A DNA stretch of 31,651 nucleotides from a virus (lineage: Duplodnaviria; Caudoviricetes): positions 1-31,651 of the IMG/VR virus record IMGVR_UViG_3300027974_000099; one strand, 5' to 3'. The notes below the pieces were generated by a model. The model saw only the letters and a program-made list of their open reading frames with translations, made no database searches and had not been told where the DNA came from. Of the stretch, positions 7,751-16,853 are shown piece after piece. A program made the translations under genes and the position numbers. Position 1 is the first letter of the stretch, and the number at the start of each line of letters is the position of its first letter.

Positions 7751-7886
7751 GCTTGGGCTCCTTCCCTTCAAGGTGTATCCACCCGTCGTCGTCGGGGATG
7801 CCGCCGCCGGCGTGCTCATCGTCGTCGTCGAGGTCGGGCGGCAGGATCACCGCTGCTGGCTTTGCTGATGGCTTGGTGCGTCCCAT
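7692..7886 (-). CDS. Small acidic/basic hypothetical protein
   Basis: 64 aa with PPDLDDDDE...PDDDGWIHL; ATG lies 6 nt after a -10-like hexamer; overlaps the next gene by 59 nt. Confidence 0.5.
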   Translation of the reverse strand: MGRTKPSAKPAAVILPPDLDDDDEHAGGGIPDDDGWIHLEGKEPKREDEKSKRRPARGRAKGSK

Positions 7887-7929
7887 GCCACTAGGGTGGC
7901 AGGCGTGTCAAGCGGATGGCGAGGCGAGA

Positions 7930-10710
7930 TCAAACCCACGAAGCGGAATACGAAGTGATCCCATGCCTCGCCTTGTTGCCTCGATCAATTGACGGCAACC
8001 ACTGGTACAACTCGCCTGTGTCGGAGGAAATCTTGAATTCGCTCAGGTTCAACTGAGGGTCGCCGATTGCGCGATAGATTTTGATGACTTTTGTTGGCGT
8101 TTTCTTGGTCGTAAAAAATGTGACAGTGCATGGAACCGAATATTTGCGGGTATGCGGAGTTTTCCTGAGCCCTTCGTAATTTCTCCATAACTCTCCTTCG
8201 ACCAGCACTTCGGTAGGCTCACCAAACGAGACATCAGCTGCGTACACGTCAACCTCTGTCACGTCGCATACGTTGCCAAGCAAACCAATCCGCAGCATCG
8301 GATCGTCTGCGGTCGCGACTCCGTTTTCACTTGAACCATAAACGGATGTGCCGCTGCGGCCAAACCAATGCTGGAGATTCCATTCAGGGTAAGGCGCTGG
8401 GACTGTTTCGCCAGTTGCACGCAGAGGCGACGTGGCGTTGTAACTCGCTGAGTTGTGAACAAATTGAGCGCGAGCCTCAAGTGATCGCAGTTCCGAGTAC
8501 ATCGTCACCTGCACTGACTCACTGAAGTTCGCACACTTCGTCCACAAATCGACAACGTCCTGCTTAAACTTGGCCTTTGCCTCCGTCCAACGCTGCGTGA
8601 ATGGCTTGCCTTTTATATCTGGCCCAGGAGGTATTCCTTTGAGATCAGCATCGCTTTGCTTGGTAGCCTCATGCTCATCGACAAAGTGATACCGCGTGAA
8701 GTCTTCGCCGATCCTAAAACCTAGAACGACTTCGTCAGTAACAAAACTTCTGATTGCGTTTCTGTTGTTAAACGGCTTGTATGGCCTGACAACACCATCT
8801 GAACCAAATTCTGTGCTGTCAATGTCTGAAAGTGACCACAATATGTTCCAGTCGTACACAAGCGGGTCGGCTACGTACAGCTTTTGATTCCACTCGGGCC
8901 ACAACACGTCACTTGTGTAAAGCGAAAATGTGGTGGTGTAAGTTTGCGGGTCAGCCCCTGTAGTTGCTGCTGGCGTTCTTGCATTTGACGTGATAACTCC
9001 ACTCCACTGGGAAGGAGTTGGCGTTCCGTCTGACGTTTGTTGCTTTAGCTGTACGCTCAGATCACCGAAATGACCGAGCTTTTTACCACTAAACGAAGTG
9101 ACTTCTGTGTCGCCTAAATACCAGTTGTATTTTGACCTGCCGTACTCATCAAACATTGAGTCAAAGTTGGCTGGCAATGATGGCAAGCCAGCAACTTGTC
9201 TGCCTAGAGGAACAGCGTCCGGCCATCGAGGAACAGTGCCTTGTTGGTTCCGCAACGTCTCCCTCAATGCAGCAACGGCAGCGACCGTTTTGTTTTCGGA
9301 AAGTGCTTTCTCAGCCGCGTCATGCGTCAGCGATACAGTCATTAACGCATTGATTCCGTTGTTGCACGCAGTAGAACCAATTGGCAAGGCTATGTCCGTC
9401 TTTGGCTGCGCTGCAGGCCAATACGAAACCTCTGCGGCTTTCCATTGCGCCGCAAAAGTCATCGCTGTAAAAAAGCAATATTGCTCATGCGCCGCAAGCG
9501 ATGCTGATCTAGATGCTTGCGTGCTGGTTGCTACCCTAGCGCGTATGTCGTGAACTTCTCTGCCTTCAAACGGTATGGCAGTCAAACTAGGAAGCAGAAT
9601 ATCTACAGGCGGGCCAGATCGAGAGTCTGAGTCAAGCAAAAGGGTTTTTGATGATTGCGTGACTTCAATTTCAAATCTCAGAGGATGCCTGTCAAGGCAA
9701 TCTACCGGCTGACGATACCGATCATCCGCGTACTCATTTGTATTGATGGCTATGGGACTGAAAAACACTCGTGGTATGAACCCGTTCCACATATCTCTGT
9801 ATGGTCCGTAGTAGTCTCCATAGCCTTGATACAAACCAACGTCATTCACTGGCTTTGATCCAACGCACGCAAAAGCGGAGTCGCGATCCATGCCAAGCGT
9901 CAAATATCGATTAGCGCAATCAACTTGGCATTGCGTCTCTTGCACATTAAGCGATCCGCCAGTAATTCTGCCAAACTCAAAAGTGTGTAGGGCTTGATGG
10001 TAGATTCTTCCTCGAGTTAGCCCTGTTTTGAGGGGCGAAGGATTGCTCCCCAAGTATTGCATTGATGCGCGATGGTTATAGAGACTTGAATCGTCTGAGT
10101 ACGACATGATCGCAGACGGCTTGCCTCGCACGAAGAATGAATGCGAATCAACGCCTTGAGAAAACAACCCCAGCTGGCTAGTCCTGTCTTCGCTGAAATA
10201 GCTTGGGATGCTGTCAGATATTGCTTTTACGAGGAATGGAACAACTAAAGTTTTCATTCGCAAGAAAATGCCGTCTAACCTCTGCGTTGGGTTATCCTTG
10301 TTGTAGAAAAACGCCTTTACCGTCACGACGCCGTCGGCTGCCTCATCAACCGCGCGCGTTTGTGGGGCTTGCACTTCGGTTGCTCTTCGCGCAATTACCA
10401 GCGTCGTCAGGCAGTTTGCGTTGCACGGGCAGTAAGCATCTGGATCACGAGGCTGAGCGTCGCTTGTGAACGTGTAGCCGCCATACCCTTTCCGGAAAAC
10501 AACGCTTGCAGATGTTGGCCCGCCATCCCAACCAACGCTCCACAGGTCACTCTTGTATCTGCTGCTATCAGGAGGTTGAAAGGACGGATGCGACAGCCAC
10601 CAAGGCTGAATGTCGGCGCTAATCGGCGATTCCCAAGAGGCACGTTCCGTGTCCTGCGTTCCAATTGGCCGCAAGATCGGCAGTCGATAGAACGATTGCT
10701 GGCACGTCAT
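7930..10710 (-). CDS. Large virion/tail-tip protein, candidate receptor-binding or central fibre (about 926 aa)
   Basis: Long ORF; ATG at 10710 overlaps the upstream TGA. It is the third gene after the tape measure and visibly AT-richer than its flanks. No motif recognised; function is from position only. Confidence 0.6.
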   Translation of the reverse strand: MTCQQSFYRLPILRPIGTQDTERASWESPISADIQPWWLSHPSFQPPDSSRYKSDLWSVGWDGGPTSASVVFRKGYGGYTFTSDAQPRDPDAYCPCNANCLTTLVIARRATEVQAPQTRAVDEAADGVVTVKAFFYNKDNPTQRLDGIFLRMKTLVVPFLVKAISDSIPSYFSEDRTSQLGLFSQGVDSHSFFVRGKPSAIMSYSDDSSLYNHRASMQYLGSNPSPLKTGLTRGRIYHQALHTFEFGRITGGSLNVQETQCQVDCANRYLTLGMDRDSAFACVGSKPVNDVGLYQGYGDYYGPYRDMWNGFIPRVFFSPIAINTNEYADDRYRQPVDCLDRHPLRFEIEVTQSSKTLLLDSDSRSGPPVDILLPSLTAIPFEGREVHDIRARVATSTQASRSASLAAHEQYCFFTAMTFAAQWKAAEVSYWPAAQPKTDIALPIGSTACNNGINALMTVSLTHDAAEKALSENKTVAAVAALRETLRNQQGTVPRWPDAVPLGRQVAGLPSLPANFDSMFDEYGRSKYNWYLGDTEVTSFSGKKLGHFGDLSVQLKQQTSDGTPTPSQWSGVITSNARTPAATTGADPQTYTTTFSLYTSDVLWPEWNQKLYVADPLVYDWNILWSLSDIDSTEFGSDGVVRPYKPFNNRNAIRSFVTDEVVLGFRIGEDFTRYHFVDEHEATKQSDADLKGIPPGPDIKGKPFTQRWTEAKAKFKQDVVDLWTKCANFSESVQVTMYSELRSLEARAQFVHNSASYNATSPLRATGETVPAPYPEWNLQHWFGRSGTSVYGSSENGVATADDPMLRIGLLGNVCDVTEVDVYAADVSFGEPTEVLVEGELWRNYEGLRKTPHTRKYSVPCTVTFFTTKKTPTKVIKIYRAIGDPQLNLSEFKISSDTGELYQWLPSIDRGNKARHGITSYSASWV

Positions 10711-11354
10711 ACGATCACAATAGCCCAGACGATAGGCGCGTTCGTTGAGTCCGTGAACGTCGTTGCATTGCCTGCATACGACACAACCTTGACACTTGAC
10801 TCGCACGCGCATGGATGCGAATCAAGGATGCCAAAATGTTGCTGTACGCCAGCCTCAGAGATTCGTCGGATAGGGCGGACTGCAAACTTATGCGAGCCGT
10901 CAAACTTCCTCACCCTGACAACAGCCAGACCTGAAATCACAACAGGCACGCACACAAGAGACAACGCATCGGCGGAGCTTCCATCGATGGTTATTCCAAG
11001 CGTGTCGTTAGCGCTTGAGTCATAGCTGCCGATGTATGTCAGCCCACCACGCAAATACTCAACTGCAAGAATACCTGAGTAGGAGGTTCCTGTGGTCTGA
11101 CCCTTAATTTCGCTTTGCGAGCCATTGATTGACACGGCCATCCCAGGCGGCATTCCGTTTGTGAAGTTGTATGGAATCTGCACCTGGACAGTCGCAACAA
11201 GCCTGTTTGAGAATGGCTGCGCGGCACCAGCCGTCACGCCCGCATGTGCCCCAAGCACAAGGTCAGCTGCGTCCTGCGCCCGATTCCACGCCCTTGCCGA
11301 GATAGCACCGCGCAGCGGCTGGCCCTGTTCGATGCGTCCGTCTGGGCGTGGCAT
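10707..11354 (-). CDS. Tail-tip / minor tail protein
   Basis: 215 aa with N-terminal GQPLRGAISARAWN..DAA motif; translationally coupled on both sides; lies downstream of the tape measure. Confidence 0.65.
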   Translation of the reverse strand: MPRPDGRIEQGQPLRGAISARAWNRAQDAADLVLGAHAGVTAGAAQPFSNRLVATVQVQIPYNFTNGMPPGMAVSINGSQSEIKGQTTGTSYSGILAVEYLRGGLTYIGSYDSSANDTLGITIDGSSADALSLVCVPVVISGLAVVRVRKFDGSHKFAVRPIRRISEAGVQQHFGILDSHPCACESSVKVVSYAGNATTFTDSTNAPIVWAIVIV

Positions 11355-12259
11355 CAGCCTGTTCCTATTCCAAGCTCGGAGAAATCGCCGTCCATGTAGA
11401 CCTTATCCACATAAACCGCCTTTGGCTTCTTGATGAGATCAGTTCCAGAGACTGAGTCCTCGTATCTCACCCACAAATACTCGTGCCCTTTTTTGTCGAT
11501 TCCAGAAATGTTGCCGATCGTCTTGTTGGTCACGTTCTGCGATGCCGCAAATCGATACGTCAGCGACCACGGGCCTTTGCCTTTCTGGTCGTCCCATTCT
11601 TGATTGCCAGAGCAGCCGAGAAAGAGAACCTCGCCAGCAGCAAAGCCACGGAAGGCAGCGTTGTTGACAGTGCCAGTAATTCCGGCAAGACCACGTATGT
11701 ATGTACTCGTCACGTACTTGTTGGGAACGTCGTACTGCTCTTGCCATTGAAGCTGTGGCGCCACAATATCGACGCCGTTGACTCCATTTGAATCAACACC
11801 GATTGCACCGCTCATCACCGGCGCACTAGGAGGAAATCGCCGCTCTGGGCTTGATGTAGTGACAGTGTTCCCCTTGACGCTGAATAGGTCGCCTTGAGCA
11901 GCCTGCGTGATGTGCTGAGTCCCGCCGGTCGTGTCAAACGACCTCGAGCGCTTCAGCGGTTCAGTCTCTTCCGTCTCGGCACCGGTCTTCTCATACTGAA
12001 TCGTGACTTGCCACGCATTGTCGCCGAGGAACGAGACAGAGTAGGACTCTGCCATCAGCTGCATGCCGGTGGAACCAGGGTACTGCCAGTATCTTCCGTT
12101 GTTGCTGATTTCGGCGTTGACGGCGTTGTGCAGCACCGTGTCGTCGGCAGTGCCGAAAATCTTGTATGACTTCACGTACGACGACGTCGCCTTCTTGCCA
12201 CGACGCACAATCGTGGCTTGACGCGAGTCGCCGTCTTCTACCCAAACAAGGTCTGCCAT
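11354..12259 (-). CDS. Distal tail / hub-like protein
   Basis: Immediately follows the tape measure (TAATG overlap); beta-rich, with GTVNNAAFRGFAAGEVLFLG and KKGHEYLW motifs. Confidence 0.7.
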   Translation of the reverse strand: MADLVWVEDGDSRQATIVRRGKKATSSYVKSYKIFGTADDTVLHNAVNAEISNNGRYWQYPGSTGMQLMAESYSVSFLGDNAWQVTIQYEKTGAETEETEPLKRSRSFDTTGGTQHITQAAQGDLFSVKGNTVTTSSPERRFPPSAPVMSGAIGVDSNGVNGVDIVAPQLQWQEQYDVPNKYVTSTYIRGLAGITGTVNNAAFRGFAAGEVLFLGCSGNQEWDDQKGKGPWSLTYRFAASQNVTNKTIGNISGIDKKGHEYLWVRYEDSVSGTDLIKKPKAVYVDKVYMDGDFSELGIGTG

Positions 12260-14979
12260 TACGCTGCCACCCTTCCGTCGCCGGAGAGATTGCGTGTGTT
12301 CTTAGCAGTCTCCTCCGCGGCCTTCGCCGTGCGTTCAGCGAGCGACGATCCGAAACCCATGCCGCCGAGGTTGACGCTGGAGAAGGTGCCAGCGACTTCG
12401 GCCTTGCTGGTGGCAGATTGATCGCCTGCCCCCTTTGCTCCGCCAGTCGCCGTTGCGGTGAGACCCTCCGCAGCCTTATCCAGAGCGTCAGACAGCATCG
12501 TTTCCTGCTCGCTCGTAAGCCTCCCGAGGTCACGCATTGTCGTGAACTGATCACCTAGACCGCCGACGCCAGCCAGCTGGTCAACTGACGTGGCGCCCTT
12601 GATGGACGCCAAGAGATCGTCTGCTTGCGAGTTCTTGGCTCGAGTCGCAGACTTGCCGCTAACCATTGACGACAGCGCTCTTTCAGCTGCGACAGTGGCA
12701 GCACGACGGTCAGCGGCTCGCTGGCCGTTTGCCGCCTCACGGCCAGCGGCGACTGAGTCAGCAGCACCAGCGTAATCCAGTGGCACAGCTTTCCCGCGTG
12801 CAGATGCTCGCTGCCTCATCTCTTTATCAATAGCGACGTCATTCAGTGCGGTTTGGTCTGCGCCCTGGAACGCTGCATTCAAGAAGTTCCAGCCCTTACG
12901 AACATTTGACTCCATCACGTCCCATCCTGCCGCCATTCGATTCAGCATTCCGTCCCAGATTTCAAGGACTGTGGCAGACAGGTACGTGAAAGTGTTCTGC
13001 ATCATGGACGTCATGGGATCAACGTACGACATCAACGCCTCAACGCCACGCAGCCAGCCGGCGAGCAACCCCGCCCAGAGGACGTCCATCGCACCGGACA
13101 AGTCGCCGGCAGCAACGGATTCATAGATTCCGTTGAAGGTGGTCGTGGCAGTTGTGGCGAGGTCGCCGAGGACGGCGATGCCGTCAGATACGGCAGTTGA
13201 AAAGCCGCCAGCGATAGCACCGCCAGCCTCGGTCACGTAGCCAGCCAGACCAGAGAAGGCACCGGCGATCTGCGGGCCGAATTGTTTGACGGCGACGCCG
13301 ACGCCTACAGCAGCAGCAGACAAGAGCAGCAGTGGTGCGAGCGGTGCGAGCCACGCAGCTGCCACCGCAGCGGCAGACGCCACAGAGCCAGCCACAGCCA
13401 TAGCAGCGGCACCGAGATAGGTGCCGATGCCAGCCACGGCAGAGCCGACGAACGTAGCCACGCCACGAGCAGCCGTGCCAAGCCACGCCGCAGACATCGC
13501 AGCCGTCGATGCAATCGTCTTGCCCACAGCACCCGTGAGATTGGCGGCGTATTGTGCCATCCGTGCTGACGCACCAGTAGCCCACCAGACAAAAGACTTA
13601 TACGTCAGCGTCAGGCCGCCGACGATGTCGCTGACAAAGCGAGCCATGCCGGAACCAGACACAGCGAACATTGCACTACGCAGAGCACTTGACGCCATCA
13701 CGACGCCGTTGAGACCTCGAAGAGTAGCCGAGAAAAAGCCAGCGCCGGCAGCGATGCCGCGATTGAATCCCGTGAAGAACACCGGGAACATCGCTTGAGC
13801 GGATGCGGATGCTGCACCGCTCATCCGAACAAACCCGGCTGCACTTGATGCAGCGAATCCTGCCAGCGCCGTAGCGGATGACGTGGCAAATGCAGCCATC
13901 GCACTGCCAGCCGTGGCGGCAAACGATGTCACAGAACCAGACGCCGCCAACATTGACGAGCCAACGGTGTTTGCGAGCTTAAGCGTGGCAGGCATCGCCA
14001 CTAGGGAAAAGCTCTTGGCGACGCCGCTGGCGCTGCCGATCAGCATTGTCAGTGGCGACACAGCCAGAGATGCTGCCTTGCCGAGAGTGCCGAACGACGT
14101 AGAGGCGAGAGTTATAGAGCGCCCAAGCACAGTCACGCCGCCGCCAACCACCACAAGTGCAGCACCGCCCTTGAGCACGGACACTACAAACGCCTGATTC
14201 TCGCTAATGAACTTCCCGACGTTGGCTGCAACGATGGCAAGCCCCTGAGCCAGCTGCGTCAGGATTGGTGCCACTGCTGAGCCGACTTGGATGAACGCCA
14301 TCCTCATCGAAGACTTCACGGCGTCAATTGCGTCACCCAGCGAGTCAGCCTTCGCAGCCGTCTCGGAGTCCATAATCAGGCCGAGCCGCTTTGCTTCATC
14401 AGCAAATGCAGCCATGCCAGCAGACCCGCCCTCAAGCATCGGCAGGACCGCCGTGCCAGACTTGCCGAATAGTTTCATGGCAATCGCAGCCCTTGCACCA
14501 GGGTCTTCGATTGCCATCAGACCATCTGCAATCTTTCCCATCTGCTGATCGGCAGACAGCCCCTCTAGGTCGCCAGCAGACAGACCCACCATCGCAAGAG
14601 CTTCCGCAGCTTCCTTGCTGCCGCTGCCGGCGGCGAAGATTGCCTTCTGCATCTTCTTTACGGCAATCTCAACGCCACCCATGTCGGTGCCTGTCTGCTC
14701 GGCCGCAAACTGCAACACTGACAGCGACTCGGTCGCAACGCCCGTCCGCTTGCTCATGTCAAAGAGCGCACTGCCAACATTTGCGAACGCTGCCGCAGAG
14801 GCGAAGATCGGGCCGACGACGCCAGCCCCCAAAGCTGCCATCTTCGTGCCGGCAGACGTCATCGCCTTGCCGATTGACCCGATGTTCTTGTTGACACCCT
14901 TGAGGGCCGCAAAGAACTTTGTCGGATCGGCACCGATCTCGACAAACACGCCGCCGGCTTTGACTGCTGCGGAACTCAT
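12259..14979 (-). CDS. Tail tape measure protein
   Basis: 906 aa, Ala/Gly-rich helical; N-terminal AGGVFVEIGAD, DMSKRTGV..ESLS.L.FAAEQTG and AMKLFGKSG..VLPML motifs; follows the tail chaperones. Confidence 0.93.
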   Translation of the reverse strand: MSSAAVKAGGVFVEIGADPTKFFAALKGVNKNIGSIGKAMTSAGTKMAALGAGVVGPIFASAAAFANVGSALFDMSKRTGVATESLSVLQFAAEQTGTDMGGVEIAVKKMQKAIFAAGSGSKEAAEALAMVGLSAGDLEGLSADQQMGKIADGLMAIEDPGARAAIAMKLFGKSGTAVLPMLEGGSAGMAAFADEAKRLGLIMDSETAAKADSLGDAIDAVKSSMRMAFIQVGSAVAPILTQLAQGLAIVAANVGKFISENQAFVVSVLKGGAALVVVGGGVTVLGRSITLASTSFGTLGKAASLAVSPLTMLIGSASGVAKSFSLVAMPATLKLANTVGSSMLAASGSVTSFAATAGSAMAAFATSSATALAGFAASSAAGFVRMSGAASASAQAMFPVFFTGFNRGIAAGAGFFSATLRGLNGVVMASSALRSAMFAVSGSGMARFVSDIVGGLTLTYKSFVWWATGASARMAQYAANLTGAVGKTIASTAAMSAAWLGTAARGVATFVGSAVAGIGTYLGAAAMAVAGSVASAAAVAAAWLAPLAPLLLLSAAAVGVGVAVKQFGPQIAGAFSGLAGYVTEAGGAIAGGFSTAVSDGIAVLGDLATTATTTFNGIYESVAAGDLSGAMDVLWAGLLAGWLRGVEALMSYVDPMTSMMQNTFTYLSATVLEIWDGMLNRMAAGWDVMESNVRKGWNFLNAAFQGADQTALNDVAIDKEMRQRASARGKAVPLDYAGAADSVAAGREAANGQRAADRRAATVAAERALSSMVSGKSATRAKNSQADDLLASIKGATSVDQLAGVGGLGDQFTTMRDLGRLTSEQETMLSDALDKAAEGLTATATGGAKGAGDQSATSKAEVAGTFSSVNLGGMGFGSSLAERTAKAAEETAKNTRNLSGDGRVAA

Positions 14980-15383
14980 ACGTGTTTCTGCCAGTCCTTG
15001 CCGAACAGCCTAGCCAGGTCTTCCGGCGTGGCTTGCCGTGGCTTGGGCTGCTTGGCGTATGGGTTGAGCTTTCGCGGGTCTACTCTCGCCGAGTGCTTGT
15101 CCCTGTTTATATTTGCTGCCTGCGCTAACAGGTTGGCGGTATGCCACCACTGATGCTCTAGGCGGCTGTCACGAGCGGCGAAGAGTTGTCTGACGGTCCA
15201 CTCGCCTGGATGGACTCCGAGGATTCCTGCGGCTTCCCAGATGGCGTCCCAGACGCTCCGGCCAGACTCTCGACCGTCGCCTTCTCTAGTCCCGCCTCCG
15301 CTCGACCCAACATCTCGTTTGCGACCTCGTCCATTTTCTGAGCGAGCAACGAGATCATCTTGCGGAGGCGCTGCGGGAAAAAA
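14976..15383 (-). CDS. Tail assembly chaperone GT-like C-terminal segment in the -1 frame (no start codon of its own)
   Basis: Manual translation ...VWDAIWEAAGILGVHPGEWTVRQLFAARDSRLEHQWWHTANLLAQAANINRDKHSARVDPRKLNPYAKQ...KDWQKHV*. The stop overlaps the tape measure ATG. The frame is open back to a T TTT TTC heptamer at 15377-15383. Confidence 0.75.
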   Translation of the reverse strand, partial: FFPAAPPQDDLVARSENGRGRKRDVGSSGGGTREGDGRESGRSVWDAIWEAAGILGVHPGEWTVRQLFAARDSRLEHQWWHTANLLAQAANINRDKHSARVDPRKLNPYAKQPKPRQATPEDLARLFGKDWQKHV

Positions 15384-15715
15384 TCGACAAGTTCCTGCTC
15401 AAGCGCTTTCGTTGCAGCGTCCAGCGAATCGCCACGCAAACCGTCAAGGAAGTCTTCCCGCGACAGTCCCTTGGTCTCAACTTGCTTGGTCAGCAACGCA
15501 TAGAGGATTTCGCCAATCTTAGCGTACTGGCTTCGCAGCACTTGGAAAGTCTGCGAGATGTTCGCAGCGTCCACCAAGTCAAACGGCACAGGCTTCCTCT
15601 CGCCTGTCTGCTCGTCCACGACGTCAACTGTGACGTTGTCGCGGACACGCAGGGCAGAAGCGACGGTCAACGCCACTTGCCATGGCCTGCCTTGGTCATC
15701 ACGAAACTCACGCAT
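15158..15715 (-). CDS. Tail assembly chaperone (gpG-like)
   Basis: Lies between the tail tube genes and the tape measure; MREFRDDQGRPW...ELVDFFP. Confidence 0.8.
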   Translation of the reverse strand: MREFRDDQGRPWQVALTVASALRVRDNVTVDVVDEQTGERKPVPFDLVDAANISQTFQVLRSQYAKIGEILYALLTKQVETKGLSREDFLDGLRGDSLDAATKALEQELVDFFPQRLRKMISLLAQKMDEVANEMLGRAEAGLEKATVESLAGASGTPSGKPQESSESIQASGPSDNSSPLVTAA

Positions 15716-15720
15716 GCCTG

Positions 15721-16083
15721 CTACCTCTTTAGACTCGTGTCGGTCATTTTTCCTTCCAGCGTGAACGTCGCCACTCCATCAATTGATTCCGTCTCGCTTA
15801 TCCCTGTCAGCACTGCAAAAAATGAAAACCCACCAGCGCCGCCCCTAACTTCAAAAGTTCCGCCTGTGTGCATCTTGGTAAACGCCGAGCCCAGGTCGGT
15901 AGCGTCGTTGAACTCAACGTTCACCGTGCATTCGTACCCTGTGCTGTAGATTGCTGCGTAGCGGCTCCCGAACGGGTTGACGTCGATGGTGCGTGCTGAC
16001 TCTGTTAGCGTCACGCTGCGAGCGCTTGCGATGGTTCCGTCATCAAGGCTGATGGTGCAGTCCTTACCAAGCGTGATCGCCAT
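15721..16083 (-). CDS. Tail tube-like protein, paralog 3
   Basis: ITLGKD..., TIDV, VEFNDA, ESIDGVATFTL; beta-rich; directly upstream of the chaperone. Confidence 0.75.
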   Translation of the reverse strand: MAITLGKDCTISLDDGTIASARSVTLTESARTIDVNPFGSRYAAIYSTGYECTVNVEFNDATDLGSAFTKMHTGGTFEVRGGAGGFSFFAVLTGISETESIDGVATFTLEGKMTDTSLKR

Positions 16084-16382
16084 CAGGCCATCTCTTTCAA
16101 TGTCACGCTAAACGTTATTGCCCCATCAACGCTGATGTTCTCCGTGATGCTTGTAACACTGAATCCTGACGCAGTGCCGTCAAGGCTCGCTTGCAGGCCG
16201 GTCGCGTCGTGGCACTCAATTTCCCACGTCTTCGTGACAAAACCAGCGCTGCTGATCTTTTTGCCACCTGAGTTGCTGCGATTTGTGATGTCAATCGTAT
16301 CGCACTCTTCGGTGTATGTAGCCGAAATGATGTTTGTGCCGACTGGAGGAGTTTCGCCGCTTCTTCCAAGAGTGACAGCCAT
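16083..16382 (-). CDS. Tail tube-like protein, paralog 2
   Basis: VTLGR..., TIDIT, IECHDA, ISVDGAITFSV. Confidence 0.7.
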   Translation of the reverse strand: MAVTLGRSGETPPVGTNIISATYTEECDTIDITNRSNSGGKKISSAGFVTKTWEIECHDATGLQASLDGTASGFSVTSITENISVDGAITFSVTLKEMA

Positions 16383-16431
16383 TTGTGATTGTTCCTATGC
16401 GTGAGTGTGATTAGGTGGCCTTGGCCGTAGC

Positions 16432-16764
16432 CTAGGCAGAGCGAGATCCAGAAACCGTGTATGTCACAATGCCATCAATCGGAGCGCTTTTGGAAACATT
16501 GGTACAGATGAACGTGGCGTTTCCTGTCGAAGTGCCAGAGATTGTGAACGACCCGCCTGCACTGACGCCTGGAGCATCAACGCACTCAAGCTCAATGGTC
16601 TGCTCAATCAGAGTCTTCTTGAACTTGCGCGAAGTGTCGCCAAGCTTGGTGACATCAACATCGCTTGCAGAGCTTGAAACCGTGCATGTTCTGACGTTGT
16701 TGACGCCACCAATCGTGACGTCCTTACCGAGAGCGACGCTGGCGGTGGTTGTGGTAGTAGGCAT
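16432..16764 (-). CDS. Tail tube-like protein, paralog 1
   Basis: VALGKD..., DVDVT, LECVDA, APIDGIVTYTV; directly downstream of promoter motif copy 2. Confidence 0.75.
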   Translation of the reverse strand: MPTTTTTASVALGKDVTIGGVNNVRTCTVSSSASDVDVTKLGDTSRKFKKTLIEQTIELECVDAPGVSAGGSFTISGTSTGNATFICTNVSKSAPIDGIVTYTVSGSRSA

Positions 16765-16809
16765 GGCTTGCCCTTGTGTGAGAGTGCCAGCGGTGCGGCT
16801 GGTTTGCTC

Positions 16810-16850
16810 ACGGTATGGGCAGCAGGGCGGAAACTAGACCGGGTGTGCCG
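16810..16850 (-). promoter_or_regulatory. Late-promoter-like motif, copy 2
   Basis: CGGCA-CAC-CCGGTCT-AGTTT..(20 nt)..TACCGT, in the intergenic region before the tail tube genes. Confidence 0.7.
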
Positions 16851-16853
16851 TGG

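Noticed and set aside
7930-10710. Diversity-generating retroelement target in the large tail protein
   Set aside because: No reverse transcriptase and no template/variable repeat pair seen in the window.
16410-16434. Small inverted repeat after the first tail-tube gene
   Set aside because: Short, imperfect stem without a U-tract; not supportable as a terminator.
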